A stretch of 64,000 nucleotides of DNA from positions 96,001 to 160,000 of the forward strand of contig OZ223510.1 in assembly GCA_965140785.1 (NCBI GenBank), in the 5' to 3' direction. Source of the DNA: an uncultured Ruficoccus sp. GTDB taxonomy: Bacteria > Verrucomicrobiota > Verrucomicrobiia > Opitutales > Cerasicoccaceae. The first letter of the stretch is position 1. The number at the start of each line of letters is the position of its first letter. Below the pieces are notes generated by a model. It saw nothing but the letters and a program-made list of their open reading frames with translations, had not been told where the DNA came from and did not search any database. Of this stretch, positions 49,893 through 60,829 are shown piece after piece. A program made the translations under genes and the position numbers.

Positions 49893-51950
49893 ATGCCCAA
49901 CCAAGAGACCAAAACCTGCAGCTCAGCGACTGTTTCGCGGGCTTCGAATCGTCCCGTCCGGCTTGTCGTCCATCCGCTTTTTTCCGACCACGCCGTCCTC
50001 CTGAGAACTGAAAGCGTTCCGATCTGGGGGCGTGCCATGCCCGATGAAACGGTCAAGGTGGAAATCGCCGGTGTCACCGGGCATGCCGTGGCCAACGACG
50101 CGGGAAACTGGAGAGTCACTCTTGATTTATCCGGTGTGGATTCGCAGCCTCACGAGATGACGATCTCCGCCGGGAGTGAGGTACGAGTCGTTTCCGATGT
50201 GCTGGTCGGGGAAGTGTGGATCGGTTCCGGACAGTCAAACATGGAGTGGCCGCTTGAGCTGACCACGGATGCCGAACAGGAACTTGCCCGCCCCGAAAAC
50301 CCCTTGCTGCGCTTCTTCACGGTGGCAAAAGTCACTGCGCCCCAGCCGCTGGATTCCGTGGAAGGAAAGTGGGTTTTAGCATCTCCTGCCGCATTGGCGA
50401 ACCTCAGCGCCACCGGCTACTACTTTTCCAGAAATATCCAGGTGGAGCTGGGGACGCCGGTCGGATTTATCAATGCAAGCTGGGGAGGCTCTCCAGTGGA
50501 GGCCTGGACGGGCATGGAGAGTCTGGTCAGGGATGAAGAGCTGGGACCACGTGCCGCATCGATAACACAGTACCACGCCGACTTTCCTGCCCTGACCGCG
50601 GCCTTCAAGGAATCCTTCGGAGCTTGGTGCCAGCGGTTGTCCCGCCAGGACATTCCTCAAGGTCAACCCGAGCACTACAACCGGGTGCACGCGTTCAAAG
50701 GGCCATGGGAAAAGGTCAAACTGCCGGGCCTGCTGACCGATTCCGGGGCACCGGATGCGGGTGCTTTCTGGCTGAAGAAAACGATTCAGATCCCCTATGA
50801 GATGGACGGACTCCAGCAATCCGTCCACTTGGGCAGGATCAGCGGTTTCTGCCAGATCTACTGGAACGGAGAGCTGATTCGGGAAGTTTCATCCGAGACC
50901 GGCGCGCAGCCGGATATCATCATCTATACGGACCCGAGCATTATCCACGAAGGCGAGGCCACGCTCGCCATCCGCATCTTCAATCCCGGTTCGGGGACGG
51001 GAATTTTCTGCAACGATTTTTGCGTGGGTGGTTCCATTCCGCTGAGCGGAGACTGGGACCTGTTCGTCGAGAAGGAGCTGGCTCCGCTGACCGCCCCGGA
51101 GCTGGAGGCCATGCCGGTGTTTCCGTTGGCACCCGTGGCGGACTACCACACGGCGACTTTCACCTATAACGGTATGATCGCCCCGATCATCCCTTATGCG
51201 ATCAGAGGCATTATCTGGTTCCAGGGGGAGACAAATGTCACGCGTGCCTGGCAATATCGGCGGGCATTCCCGCTGCTGATCGAAGACTGGCGGGCGAAGT
51301 GGCAACAGGGGGATTTACCGTTCTTTTTTTGCCAGTTGGCGAATTTCGAGGGCAAGGTCTCGGACCCGAATTTCCCCGAGGCGCTGCCCGAGCTTCGCGA
51401 AGCCCAGTCCTTAGCCTTGACGCTGCCCGAAACCGGACAGGCGGTTCTGATCGATGTGGGAGAGGAGGGCGATATTCACTTCCGCAACAAAACCGAGGTC
51501 GGCTACCGTCTGGCGCAGATCGCGCTGGCCAGGGTTTACGGTCGCGACCGGGAGTACTCGGGACCGGTGTATAAATCCCATCGGCAGGAGGGCAGGGCGA
51601 TCCGCCTGGCGTTTACCCATGCGGACAGTGGCCTGGTTGCCAAGCCACTCCCGAACGAGTACCTGTTGCGGTCCACAGGAGCCACCGTCAGGCAACTCAA
51701 GCGCAACCGCCCCGGGAGCGAGCTGGAGGGCTTTGCGATTTGCGGAGCCGACCGCAAGTGGTATTGGGCAGATGCCAGGGTCGAGGGAAACTCTGTCGTT
51801 GTGTCCTCGCCTGATGTCCCGGTCCCGCTGGCGGTTCGTTACGCATGGGCATCCAATCCGACCTGCAATCTCTACAACCAGGCCGGGTTCCCCGCTGCAC
51901 CGTTCCGGACGGACGATTTCGAGCTCAGTACGGTGCAGGCGAGATACTAA
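49893..51950 (+). CDS. Sialate O-acetylesterase-like (SASA domain) carbohydrate esterase
   Basis: GEVWIGSGQSNME, WGGSPVEAW, WFQGETN, LREAQ, DIHFRNK, VRYAW, PFRTD. Confidence 0.92.
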   Translation: MPNQETKTCSSATVSRASNRPVRLVVHPLFSDHAVLLRTESVPIWGRAMPDETVKVEIAGVTGHAVANDAGNWRVTLDLSGVDSQPHEMTISAGSEVRVVSDVLVGEVWIGSGQSNMEWPLELTTDAEQELARPENPLLRFFTVAKVTAPQPLDSVEGKWVLASPAALANLSATGYYFSRNIQVELGTPVGFINASWGGSPVEAWTGMESLVRDEELGPRAASITQYHADFPALTAAFKESFGAWCQRLSRQDIPQGQPEHYNRVHAFKGPWEKVKLPGLLTDSGAPDAGAFWLKKTIQIPYEMDGLQQSVHLGRISGFCQIYWNGELIREVSSETGAQPDIIIYTDPSIIHEGEATLAIRIFNPGSGTGIFCNDFCVGGSIPLSGDWDLFVEKELAPLTAPELEAMPVFPLAPVADYHTATFTYNGMIAPIIPYAIRGIIWFQGETNVTRAWQYRRAFPLLIEDWRAKWQQGDLPFFFCQLANFEGKVSDPNFPEALPELREAQSLALTLPETGQAVLIDVGEEGDIHFRNKTEVGYRLAQIALARVYGRDREYSGPVYKSHRQEGRAIRLAFTHADSGLVAKPLPNEYLLRSTGATVRQLKRNRPGSELEGFAICGADRKWYWADARVEGNSVVVSSPDVPVPLAVRYAWASNPTCNLYNQAGFPAAPFRTDDFELSTVQARY

Positions 51951-51985
51951 ACCCGCGCGTGCATCGCGGCCCCCTGGTGCGTGAG

Positions 51986-52001
51986 TTAACGGTTTAACTA
52001 T
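51986..52001. promoter_or_regulatory. Putative LacI operator TTAACGGTTTAACTAT
   Basis: 15/16 identical to 53794-53809. Confidence 0.55.
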
Positions 52002-52011
52002 CTGGCTCCTT

Positions 52012-52254
52012 GTGAAGATGGAACGAGCGGGTAAGCCTCTCATCATGCCGTTGGAATCCGCCGGGCATATGTTTGTCCCCCAAACCCCAGGATCTATCAT
52101 GCAAAGATTTGAGCTGAGCAGAGCCTCTGGCCTGCCTCTCAAGCTGTGCCTGAGCGGAGCCGATATCTGGTACGATGTCATTGGCTCCTTCTATGTCGAA
52201 ACACCCGAATCGACCGCACCGGTTTACATCGACGAAATCATGCTGCGCAAATAA
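52012..52254 (+). CDS. Small hypothetical protein or gene remnant
   Basis: Ends VYIDEIMLRK (carbohydrate-binding-module-like tail), followed by terminator. Confidence 0.35.
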   Translation: MKMERAGKPLIMPLESAGHMFVPQTPGSIMQRFELSRASGLPLKLCLSGADIWYDVIGSFYVETPESTAPVYIDEIMLRK

Positions 52255-52275
52255 CCCGCCATCTTGCTGAATCAG

Positions 52276-52309
52276 CCCCGCGGGTCTTGCGCTCGCCCGC
52301 GGGGTTTTT
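52276..52309 (+). terminator. Intrinsic terminator
   Basis: CCCCGCGGG..CCCGCGGGG-TTTTT. Confidence 0.7.
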
Positions 52310-52348
52310 CCGCCATTCGCTCAAGCACATCGCCCAATTCGCCTTTTC

Positions 52349-53695
52349 ATGAACATCGTTTACCTTCACGCTCACGACGCGGGTCGCATCATCCAGCCGT
52401 ACGGCTACCCGGTTGAAACGCCCCACCTGATGAACTTCGCGCGGGAGTCTGTGCTGTTCCGCAAGGCCTTCTGTGTCTCTCCGACCTGCGGTCCCTCCCG
52501 GGCGGCCCTCCTCACCGGTCAATATCCGCACCAGATCGGGATGTATGGTCTGCCTGGTTTCCAGGGATGGGCCCTCGATGATCCCGCCAAGCACTGGGCC
52601 CGGCAATTGCGTGCGTGGGGCTACGAAACCATCCTGGCGGGGGTGCAGCACGAGGCCGACCATCACGATTTTTCCTCCCTCGGCTACGAGTGTATTCTTG
52701 AGAATCAGGCTCCCGCCCGTCCCCAGGCGGGAGAGTTTTATCCCGAGACCATTACCAAGGTCGAAAGCCTTCTGGCCACCCGTCCCAAGGGCCCTGACGT
52801 TCGTCCGTTTTTCCTCTCAGTCGGCATCGATGAGCCCCACCGTGACAACATTGCCCGGCCCGAGATGAATCTCCATGGCGAGGGCGACCGCTTCAGCAAA
52901 ACCCGTTACTACGATCCTGCCAAGCTCGACGCCCGCTACACCGCACCGCTGCCCTGGCTACCCGATCTCCCCGAGATTCGACAGGACATGGAAAGCTACC
53001 GTGTCGGCGTGAAAATCATGGATGAGTACATGGGCCGGGTTCTCGACGCGCTCCGCCACAACGGTTATGACGACAACACTCTCGTCATCGTGACAACGGA
53101 TCACGGCATCGAATTTCCCGGTGGCAAAAAGACTCTCTCCGACCAGGGGACCGAGGTAATGCTCATGGTGCGCGGCCCTCAATCCCACCCGTTGGCCTCA
53201 GCGTTCGGGGGAGGGCGGGTGATCGAGCCGCTTGTTACACACCTCGATCTGTATCCCACGCTTTGCGAGCTTCTTGGGCGCACGGTGGCCCATCCTCTCG
53301 AAGGCAAGAGTCTGCTTCCGCTTGTGCACGGACAGGTCTCCCACCTGCATGAAGCCGTTTTCGCCGAGCAGACTTACCACGGTAAATTCGAACCCCTCCG
53401 CAGCATTCGCACCGAGCGTTACAAATACATCCGCCGCCATTTTCCGAACGGCCCCCTCATGACTCACGACGGGCCGGCTTCGCCGCTTGTGCAAAAGTGC
53501 GGCTGGTATGACCGACCCACCGGACATGAAGAGCTTTTCGATCTTTACCTCGATCCCCTGGAGGCGTGTAACCGCATCGAGGATCCATCCATGGCTGAGG
53601 TCAGGGCCGATCTTGCCGCGCGGCTTGAGGAGCATCTGCTCGCCAGCGGCGATCCATTCCTGTCGGGAGAGTTTCCCTCTCCTTGTGTTGGCTAG
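52349..53695 (+). CDS. Sulfatase (S1, Cys-type)
   Basis: CGPSRAALLTG formylglycine motif, TTDHG, ELFDL..DP.E. Confidence 0.95.
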   Translation: MNIVYLHAHDAGRIIQPYGYPVETPHLMNFARESVLFRKAFCVSPTCGPSRAALLTGQYPHQIGMYGLPGFQGWALDDPAKHWARQLRAWGYETILAGVQHEADHHDFSSLGYECILENQAPARPQAGEFYPETITKVESLLATRPKGPDVRPFFLSVGIDEPHRDNIARPEMNLHGEGDRFSKTRYYDPAKLDARYTAPLPWLPDLPEIRQDMESYRVGVKIMDEYMGRVLDALRHNGYDDNTLVIVTTDHGIEFPGGKKTLSDQGTEVMLMVRGPQSHPLASAFGGGRVIEPLVTHLDLYPTLCELLGRTVAHPLEGKSLLPLVHGQVSHLHEAVFAEQTYHGKFEPLRSIRTERYKYIRRHFPNGPLMTHDGPASPLVQKCGWYDRPTGHEELFDLYLDPLEACNRIEDPSMAEVRADLAARLEEHLLASGDPFLSGEFPSPCVG

Positions 53696-53793
53696 TGTCG
53701 CAGGAAGTCCGTTTTGCGCCTGCCATCCATAACAATTGCCTGTGTGTGAATTGGACTTTCTCTGGAAATTCTACTTAAGAGAACAATATTAAA

Positions 53794-53809
53794 TTAACGA
53801 TTTAACTAT
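53794..53809. promoter_or_regulatory. Putative LacI operator TTAACGATTTAACTAT
   Basis: In AT-rich promoter region upstream of PEP-CTERM gene. Confidence 0.55.
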
Positions 53810-53986
53810 AGGACTTCTTGGCGCCGGAGTGTTCTTTGTCATACTTTATTTCATGCAAGCGACATGGGACCCGTCCGATACCAGTCTTTCCTCCGATATG
53901 CCTGATCTTTAACGCTCGTGACGGCGTGAGCTCGATACTTTTTCTCCACTCGAGATCGCATTAACCTAACCCCCAAACCTCCCCAT

Positions 53987-54850
53987 ATGAAGATATTCAC
54001 CTGTATGCTTGGATTGTCTTTCGCCGCCCTGACTTCGAGTCACGCGACCGTTCTTTTCTCCGAAAATTTCGATAGCTACACCTCGGGGGTGAGCATCGCC
54101 ACCGCCGGTCCTGCCAAATGGTCCAAGTCCAACAACCTCACGGGTATTTCCGCCGATATTGTGCAGACAGATACGAACGACTACTTCGGTGCCGGCAGCG
54201 GAAACAAGATGGGCCAGATTTCCCAGCTCTCTCCGAGCGGTAACCTCGCGGTTCTCAACAGTACGACCACGACCTCGTTTGGGCTCACCGGTCAGGTGTC
54301 CTTCGACTACGTGGTGCCTCCCTACGATACGGTTTCTCCCACCTCCGAGCCTTACGTCACGAACAACTACGCATCGGATGGCATTGTCTTCCGCATCGGC
54401 AGTGCCTCCGGCAATGGGAACTCGGCGTTTGGTCTGCTCTTTAAGGAGGGTAGCCTCTACGCTGTGAGCGGCGATGGCCTCGGCGCGCCTGTCCTGCTCG
54501 CTTCTACCTCGGTGTCCACCATGCACAGCCTGTCCATGGTCTATAACAACCAGTCCACCTCCTTCAACTACGACGGCGGCAGCCTGGCGGCCCAATCTAT
54601 GGACGTCTACCTCGACGGAGTACTTGTCGGCGATGACCTCACTCATGGCGCCCTCGCCGCCGATACCGCCATCGCCAGTCTGGGCTTTATCGCCAAGGGG
54701 ATCGGCAACAGCATGGTTCTCACGATGTACACGGATAATTTTGTCGTCTCCGACACCGTTGTGATCCCCGAGCCCGATACCCTGGCCTCTCTTGCTGGTC
54801 TCGGTGCGCTGCTGACCGCAGTGATGCTTCGCCGACGCAAGCGCGACTGA
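53987..54850 (+). CDS. PEP-CTERM sorting-domain surface protein
   Basis: Signal peptide; IPEPDTLASLAGLGALLTAVMLRRRKRD. Confidence 0.9.
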   Translation: MKIFTCMLGLSFAALTSSHATVLFSENFDSYTSGVSIATAGPAKWSKSNNLTGISADIVQTDTNDYFGAGSGNKMGQISQLSPSGNLAVLNSTTTTSFGLTGQVSFDYVVPPYDTVSPTSEPYVTNNYASDGIVFRIGSASGNGNSAFGLLFKEGSLYAVSGDGLGAPVLLASTSVSTMHSLSMVYNNQSTSFNYDGGSLAAQSMDVYLDGVLVGDDLTHGALAADTAIASLGFIAKGIGNSMVLTMYTDNFVVSDTVVIPEPDTLASLAGLGALLTAVMLRRRKRD

Positions 54851-54973
54851 GTTTGCATCTTTTTTTTCTCGTTCTATATATTTTTTCCTGGGTTTTCGGC
54901 AGCAGCGCTGCTTAGCAGTCGTGTTGTGACCGGAGCCCGGGCCTGCCCTCCACATTAGCCATATTCCCACACC

Positions 54974-57900
54974 ATGTATCGAGCCAAAAACCGTCGCGGC
55001 TTTGCTCTGATCATCACGCTTACGCTGCTTGCTTTTGTCGTGTTGCTGATGGTTTCCTTTGCCTCGCTTACTCGGGTGGAAATGCAGGCGGCCACCTATT
55101 CGCAGTACCATGCGCAGGCCCGTCAGAACGCGATCATGGGCCTCTCGATTGCACTCGGACAACTGCAGAAGTTCACGGGCCCCGACCAGCGAGCGACTGC
55201 CACGGCCGATCTCAATGGGAGCGGACAGGCCGGGACGCACGCCTGGACCGGGGTGTGGGGCAATGCCAGCCCCTCTGATGACTATGTCAGTTCGCCTCAA
55301 TTGCTGGGCTGGCTGGTGAGTGGAAACGAGAGTGGGGATTTCGCGGTTGATTTGTCCGCGGCTTCTTTTGGGAGAATCCAGTCCGCCACGCCCCCGGTCT
55401 ACTCGCCGTCCGATACGGTACTCTTTGGTCACGCGGTTACCCAGGGCGCGCTGGCCACTGATGTCCAACTGCGCGATCAGCCTGCGCAACTCTTGGTCGG
55501 ACCCGGGAGTGTGGACGACGATCAGGACTATGTGGTTGCTCCTTTGGTTGACGTTGAGGCCACTGGAGATGGAGCGTCCTCCGTGCTTGGCCGCTATGCC
55601 TGGTGGGTGGGAGACGAGGGGGTAAAGGCCCGGTTCAACCTTACTGATTCGTGGGTATCCAGTGCTTCCAATCGTCAAGAGCGCTTTTACCGCCTCTTGT
55701 TGGCCCAGCGGTATGGGATCGAGCTTATGACCCGTGACGGCAGTACGGTTTTTGGCTCTGGGCTTTATGACGCCGCAGGAACCGATTCGGGCAGCATCCT
55801 GTTTCGTGATGATCTGGACCGTATCCAGTCCTACTCGCAGGTTCCCATGCTCACCGGCTTTGGCACCGGCGATATGCGTGCAGCCCTCAAGCACCGCTAT
55901 CATGACATTACCATGAACTCGCGGGGTGTGTTGGCCGATCAACTGCGTGCGGGGCTGCGGAAGGATCTTACGGTGTTGTTTGAGCAGGACCCCTCGTCCT
56001 GGACGGGAACGCTCAAGACGAGCCTGGACGAGGTGAGCTACACGTATGAGAGTGCTCGGCGTATTGCTGACTTTCAGGACACACGCCTGTACGACGCCAA
56101 CTACTCCATGGACTCGAGCCGAAGCCCGGATTCGCGTTCTCCTGCGGCCGCGACCTGGGAGCAGGTTCGCAGTTTCTATAACTATGGGGCGACTAACAAC
56201 TCGGGCACTGTCAACGTGACTCCGCAGACCGACACGCAGATGGGAGTCTTTCCTGTCGTGCTGCGCTGGGGGGTCTCGTTCGATGTGAGCGCCTCGGCCG
56301 GTGGCACGGGTAAGCTCCATATCTTCCCGCACGTGATTCTGTGGAATCCCTACAATGTCACTCTTCGCGGTAGCTACCGTGTGAGAATGGAGTTTGCCGA
56401 TACGGATAATTCCACGGCCAAGCGTCTCTACTTCGTCACGCCGCGTCTCGATACCGATGGGGTGACTCCTATCTATGCAGCGCCTTACAAGGTTTATCAT
56501 CAGGAGATTTTCGCTCCCGAGACGCCCGGTACGGGTAAGTACAGCCAGCGCACGATGGAGTTTGCTATCGAGTCGGTGGAGATACCGCCGGGCGAGGCTT
56601 ATGTTTTTACACCGGAATCGACTCAGGCCTATAATGCCTCCGGCGATAACATCCTCGCGAATACTTATAACACGGATACTTCCTTTACCCGCCCGATTGC
56701 GCACACCTTTACCGCCGAGGAAGTCGCATCCTCGGCGTTGGCACTGGCCAATATTGCGGGCGGAAGAGGAGGTACAATGTCCCTCCATCTGCTCGACGGG
56801 AATGGAAACAATCTCCAGTTGATTGATGCCACGGGGCTGGCTAACACCGTGAGGGTGGATAAAAACGACGGTACCTCAACGCTGGTTACGGCTGTTTCAG
56901 CGGGCGGTGCCCTTGGCGAATTCTGGGACGTTTCGGGTGGGGTGGTATCCGCGCGTAACCAGGTGGGCTTTTCTTTTCTCAATTCGCTTCAACGGACCGA
57001 TGCCCGCTACAATTGGCTGGCGAATTACAATCAGCGGGCTCCTTCGGTCGGACGCGCATGGTTTGAGTGGAGTAATGGGTTTGTCTCCACGGCCAACTGG
57101 TCAACCTGCCCGGGCCGTTCGGATAGACCGGCATGGAACATCGATCTGGTTTCCAGTGATCCGGCCCGGGCTTATACCGGGCCGAGCATGCTCGCCGCCT
57201 ATGGCGCCCCGCAGGCGATCTTGTTTAACCTGCCCACGACCGACACGCCGGTGCTGTCCCTCGGGCAGCTTCAGCACGCCGCGCTCACTTTCACCGCGTC
57301 GGGCCATGAGCCGACCTATCCGTTTGGCAACGCCTACGCCTCGCCGGAGATTCGCCAGGACCGCCTGCTTAATCCCAATGGCTACGGCTCCAGTTCTTCT
57401 CCTGGCTCCGAGCCCCACTTGACAGATGTTTCGTATCTGCTGAACCGTTCGCTCTGGGACCGTTTCTTTTTCTCCGGCATCCCCGATGTCTCCGATGTCG
57501 TGTTGCAGGCTCAGATCGATATGGGGGACCCGCTTCCCGACGGACGCCTGAGCTATGTCGAGGGTTCCAGGGCTGCCGATGTGCGGAACTTTGACACGGC
57601 AGCCGCTCACCTGATGGTGGACGGAGCCTTTAATGTAAACTCGACATCGGTCGAGGCGTGGACCGCGCTTTTCGCCAGTCTTCGCGATGTGGATGTGTCA
57701 CCCTCGAGCGGATCAACAACCACGGCGATAAACGGTACGCCCTACGTGCGGACTCCCTATGTGCCGGGCGGAGACGACACCAACTCCCGATCTGACCAGT
57801 GGTCCGGCTACCGTTCCCTGACCGATGCACAGGTGCGCTTGCTCGCCGAGTCCATGGTCACCGAGGTGCAGACCCGTGGGCCGTTTCTCTCGCTGGCTGA

Positions 57901-58474
57901 TTTCGTCAACCGCCGGCTTGTTGCCTATCCAGACCAAACCGGTCTCAATGGAACCTTACAGGCAGCAATGGATCGGGTCAACGACCTGAATACCCGGGTG
58001 TTGGAAATGGACCGCCCTGATCTTGGCAGCGGGGTTCAGGTTCCGTATCTTGCCACCGAGACCTGGAGTGTGAACGGCGCCGATTACTACCTGCATAACA
58101 TAAAGGCGCCGCGAAAGAACTTCGCCTATACCGGGCGGAGTAAGGGAGCGCTCGCCCCGGGATTCATCAGTCAGGCGGATATACTCCAGGCGCTTGGGCC
58201 TGGTCTGATGGCTCGCTCGGACACATTTGTTATCCGTGCATACGGAGAGACGATCAATCCCATGCTTACACGTGGCGACGCCGGTTACATCACCGGACGC
58301 GCATGGTGTGAGGCCGTCGTGCAGCGGCTGCCCGACTACGTGGACGCCAGCGGCAATGCCGCAGAAGACGTTCCGGTGACGGATGGGGCCGTCAATCTCA
58401 CCGCCGTCAACCAGCGTCTGGGCAGGCGCTATCAGATGGTGTCCTTCCGTTGGCTTTCACCCGAGGAGATATGA
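54974..58474 (+). CDS. Verru_Chthon cassette protein A-like (PilX-type N-terminus)
   Basis: RRGFALIITL, LQKFTGPDQRATA, YAWWVGDEGVKA, GLRKDL, LWNPYNV, AFNVNSTSVEAW, RSDTFVIRAYG. Confidence 0.88.
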   Translation: MYRAKNRRGFALIITLTLLAFVVLLMVSFASLTRVEMQAATYSQYHAQARQNAIMGLSIALGQLQKFTGPDQRATATADLNGSGQAGTHAWTGVWGNASPSDDYVSSPQLLGWLVSGNESGDFAVDLSAASFGRIQSATPPVYSPSDTVLFGHAVTQGALATDVQLRDQPAQLLVGPGSVDDDQDYVVAPLVDVEATGDGASSVLGRYAWWVGDEGVKARFNLTDSWVSSASNRQERFYRLLLAQRYGIELMTRDGSTVFGSGLYDAAGTDSGSILFRDDLDRIQSYSQVPMLTGFGTGDMRAALKHRYHDITMNSRGVLADQLRAGLRKDLTVLFEQDPSSWTGTLKTSLDEVSYTYESARRIADFQDTRLYDANYSMDSSRSPDSRSPAAATWEQVRSFYNYGATNNSGTVNVTPQTDTQMGVFPVVLRWGVSFDVSASAGGTGKLHIFPHVILWNPYNVTLRGSYRVRMEFADTDNSTAKRLYFVTPRLDTDGVTPIYAAPYKVYHQEIFAPETPGTGKYSQRTMEFAIESVEIPPGEAYVFTPESTQAYNASGDNILANTYNTDTSFTRPIAHTFTAEEVASSALALANIAGGRGGTMSLHLLDGNGNNLQLIDATGLANTVRVDKNDGTSTLVTAVSAGGALGEFWDVSGGVVSARNQVGFSFLNSLQRTDARYNWLANYNQRAPSVGRAWFEWSNGFVSTANWSTCPGRSDRPAWNIDLVSSDPARAYTGPSMLAAYGAPQAILFNLPTTDTPVLSLGQLQHAALTFTASGHEPTYPFGNAYASPEIRQDRLLNPNGYGSSSSPGSEPHLTDVSYLLNRSLWDRFFFSGIPDVSDVVLQAQIDMGDPLPDGRLSYVEGSRAADVRNFDTAAAHLMVDGAFNVNSTSVEAWTALFASLRDVDVSPSSGSTTTAINGTPYVRTPYVPGGDDTNSRSDQWSGYRSLTDAQVRLLAESMVTEVQTRGPFLSLADFVNRRLVAYPDQTGLNGTLQAAMDRVNDLNTRVLEMDRPDLGSGVQVPYLATETWSVNGADYYLHNIKAPRKNFAYTGRSKGALAPGFISQADILQALGPGLMARSDTFVIRAYGETINPMLTRGDAGYITGRAWCEAVVQRLPDYVDASGNAAEDVPVTDGAVNLTAVNQRLGRRYQMVSFRWLSPEEI

Positions 58475-59260
58475 TCATGCGTGCCTTTACATTATTTTTC
58501 GCATCCGCGCTTTGCGGGTTAATCGTTCCAGTTCTTCACGGCCAGTCGGTCGAGCCTCCCCGTCCAGTCTCGATGCGGGTGTTATCCTTTGAGGGCATTG
58601 TTACCGATCTTGCGGTGCGCACGCCTGATGGGCTGACCCGTATCCTTGCTCGGGCCAACGCTTTCAGCCCGGAAATCACTGCCCTGTCCTCTGGGGGTGG
58701 TGTCGATTTCTACCGCGATGCTCCATCTTCGGAGAACTCCTCGAAGGGTGGAACCGGTAACGCCCAGCGCGCGCCGGTAGCCCGTATTGCCGTGCAGCCG
58801 GGTGTGAACCGTTACCTCGTGATTGTGGTGGCGCGGGGGAGCTCCGACGACCGTGTTTACAGCGCGTATTCCATTCCTGACGCCGATGGGGCATTGCCCG
58901 TGGGTTCTGCCCGGGTGGTCAACTTCACCGACGCTCCGCTGGCGGTTCAACTCGGGAATAATTCGGCCATCGTTCGTACCGCCGAATCATCCGTATTGGC
59001 CTGCCCATCTGATAGTGGTGGGGCACGTTAACCTGCAACTTGCCCGACCCGATAGCGAACAGAATTGGGAATTGGTTACGCGGACGCGCCTGAGTGTGCC
59101 GGAAGGCCGTCGCCTGCTGCTGCTGGTTAGTCCTTCTCGGTCACCGGAGCAAGCGGAGGACGGTGTGGTCATGGCCGAGGCCGGCGCATTCAGTTTAAAA
59201 ATACTCTACGACGCGATGCCATCTCCGTCGGCTTCCCTCAGCGCTTTACCTTCTCGTTAA
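58471..59260 (+). pseudogene. Cassette partner protein, frameshifted
   Basis: Similar to 1326-2021; +1 shift in G4 run at 59020-59023 splits it into two ORFs. Confidence 0.7.
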
Positions 59261-59265
59261 ACATT

Positions 59266-59962
59266 ATGAACAACCATCATTGCTCCCTCTTTGCCTGTAT
59301 CGGACTCGTTCTGGGGCTGGCGGGGAACCGTATCAGCCGCGCCAGTTGCCTCGCCCGACGTGGATACGCTTCAACTGCGACCCAACGGGACGTTTACCTT
59401 CGACGAGGTGGATGTCTTCGCGGGCCATTTCTCCCCACATTTTTCGAAGCGTCTGGACCAGGGGTCCCAGCAAGTAACCCCGGGTTATCCGAAGCAGGAC
59501 GGTTCGTCCTGGCAGACCTGTCTCGATTTCTATCTGCCGGATGTTTCCGAGCCCATTACGCTGACCGAAAGTGTGGACAAGCTGGATGCCACCTCCTTCA
59601 GCGTGAGTTACGACGCGCGCCATCCGACGGGTGTTCCTTCTCAGGAGATGTTCGTGCGGTTGGAGATCCCCATCTCGATAGCCTCGGGGCAGTCCATTCT
59701 GCTCGATGGCAAGCCCATCGACCTCCCCGTCGAGCAGGCCACCGGTCAATTGTTTATGGACTACGACCTCATGCCCCACGTGCTGGTGCTTCCATCGGCA
59801 TCGGGCACCGTGACCGTGAAGGGCACGTTCCGGGTGATCGTGCAGGACCAGCGTCAATGGGGCAAAGATGTTTACTCCGTCCGCCTGCCCTTCGAGCCGA
59901 TGGGGAAGGTGCTCACCCACGAGGAAATGAAGGTGACCCTGAGTCATACTCCGCGAAGCTGA
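59266..59962 (+). pseudogene. Secreted protein, frameshifted after the signal peptide and probably truncated
   Basis: Signal peptide in one frame, mature part (FTFDEVDVFAGHF..DQGS..GYPK) in another; shift at G4 59322-59325. Confidence 0.6.
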
Positions 59963-60074
59963 ACCCATACCCGGTCAGGCGGGGGATAATGCGTACCGAT
60001 GTCGTGGCGTTATCGCGTTCCCGACTTCGTTGAGCGCGCCCTGATACTGCCAACCCATACACGATTTCCGTCTC

Positions 60075-60770
60075 ATGAATACCGTATCGCGCCTTTTGCT
60101 GCCTCCATTCTTCGCCGTCGGCCTGTCTGTTCTCGCGCAGGCGGCTTCGGTGTCTCCTCCTGAGATCACCGCTCTGAGAGTGCAGCCGAGTGGAGAGTTC
60201 AATTTCGATCAGATCTCGGTGTTCGCCGGGCATTTTGCTCCGGGCTGGAGCCGCACGGATCAGGGGTCGTCTGCTCTGGAGGCCGGTTATCCGAAGCGGG
60301 CGGATGCGCGCTGGGAGACGATGGTGCCCGCCCAGACGGAATTGAACGGTGTCTTCGCCTCCGTGCGCAACGGCGATACGTTTTGCTCCGTCGCCATCGT
60401 GGCGGTGGATGATCAGCCGCTGGCGGAGAGCTCCCTCCTGCTGATCACGCATCTGACTGATGTGCTGCCAACCGGCGTCCTCTTTGATAGCTCCGATCGC
60501 AAGATACAGGAGTCCGTCGGACGTCTTCCTCTTCTGGTGCGACGCGGCTCGTCCGAGCTGACCTTGAAACTGGAGCCTGACGGTGACTACCGGGCGTGGG
60601 CGGTTTCCTCAACGGGTGCGCGACTGCATGAGGTTTCGCTCTCCCGGACGGATGCGGGCTGGGTCTTGCAGGCCAGTACAGTCACCCCCGAGGGCACTCA
60701 GCTCGCCTACGAAATTCAACGCAACCAATTTCAGGGCATCAATGTTCTGGAGAGTTTTCCGGCACCTTGA
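60075..60770 (+). pseudogene. Secreted protein, apparently internally deleted
   Basis: N-terminus similar to 59266 gene (FNFDQISVFAGHF..DQGS..GYPK) joined to DDQPLAESSLLLITHLTD, a motif seen at C-termini of large glycoside hydrolases. Confidence 0.5.
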
Positions 60771-60829
60771 GCCAGTCCTGCTTCCACCATCCTGTACTAT
60801 CTGCGGTCGTCTGACCGCGTTTCCTCCAC

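Noticed and set aside
52769..52781. TTCTGGCCACC match to the tRNA-Phe 3' end
   Set aside because: Lies within the intact sulfatase coding sequence; likely chance.
53966..56788. 940-aa minus-strand ORF
   Set aside because: Antisense shadow of the PEP-CTERM and cassette-A genes; R/G/H-rich with no recognisable motif.
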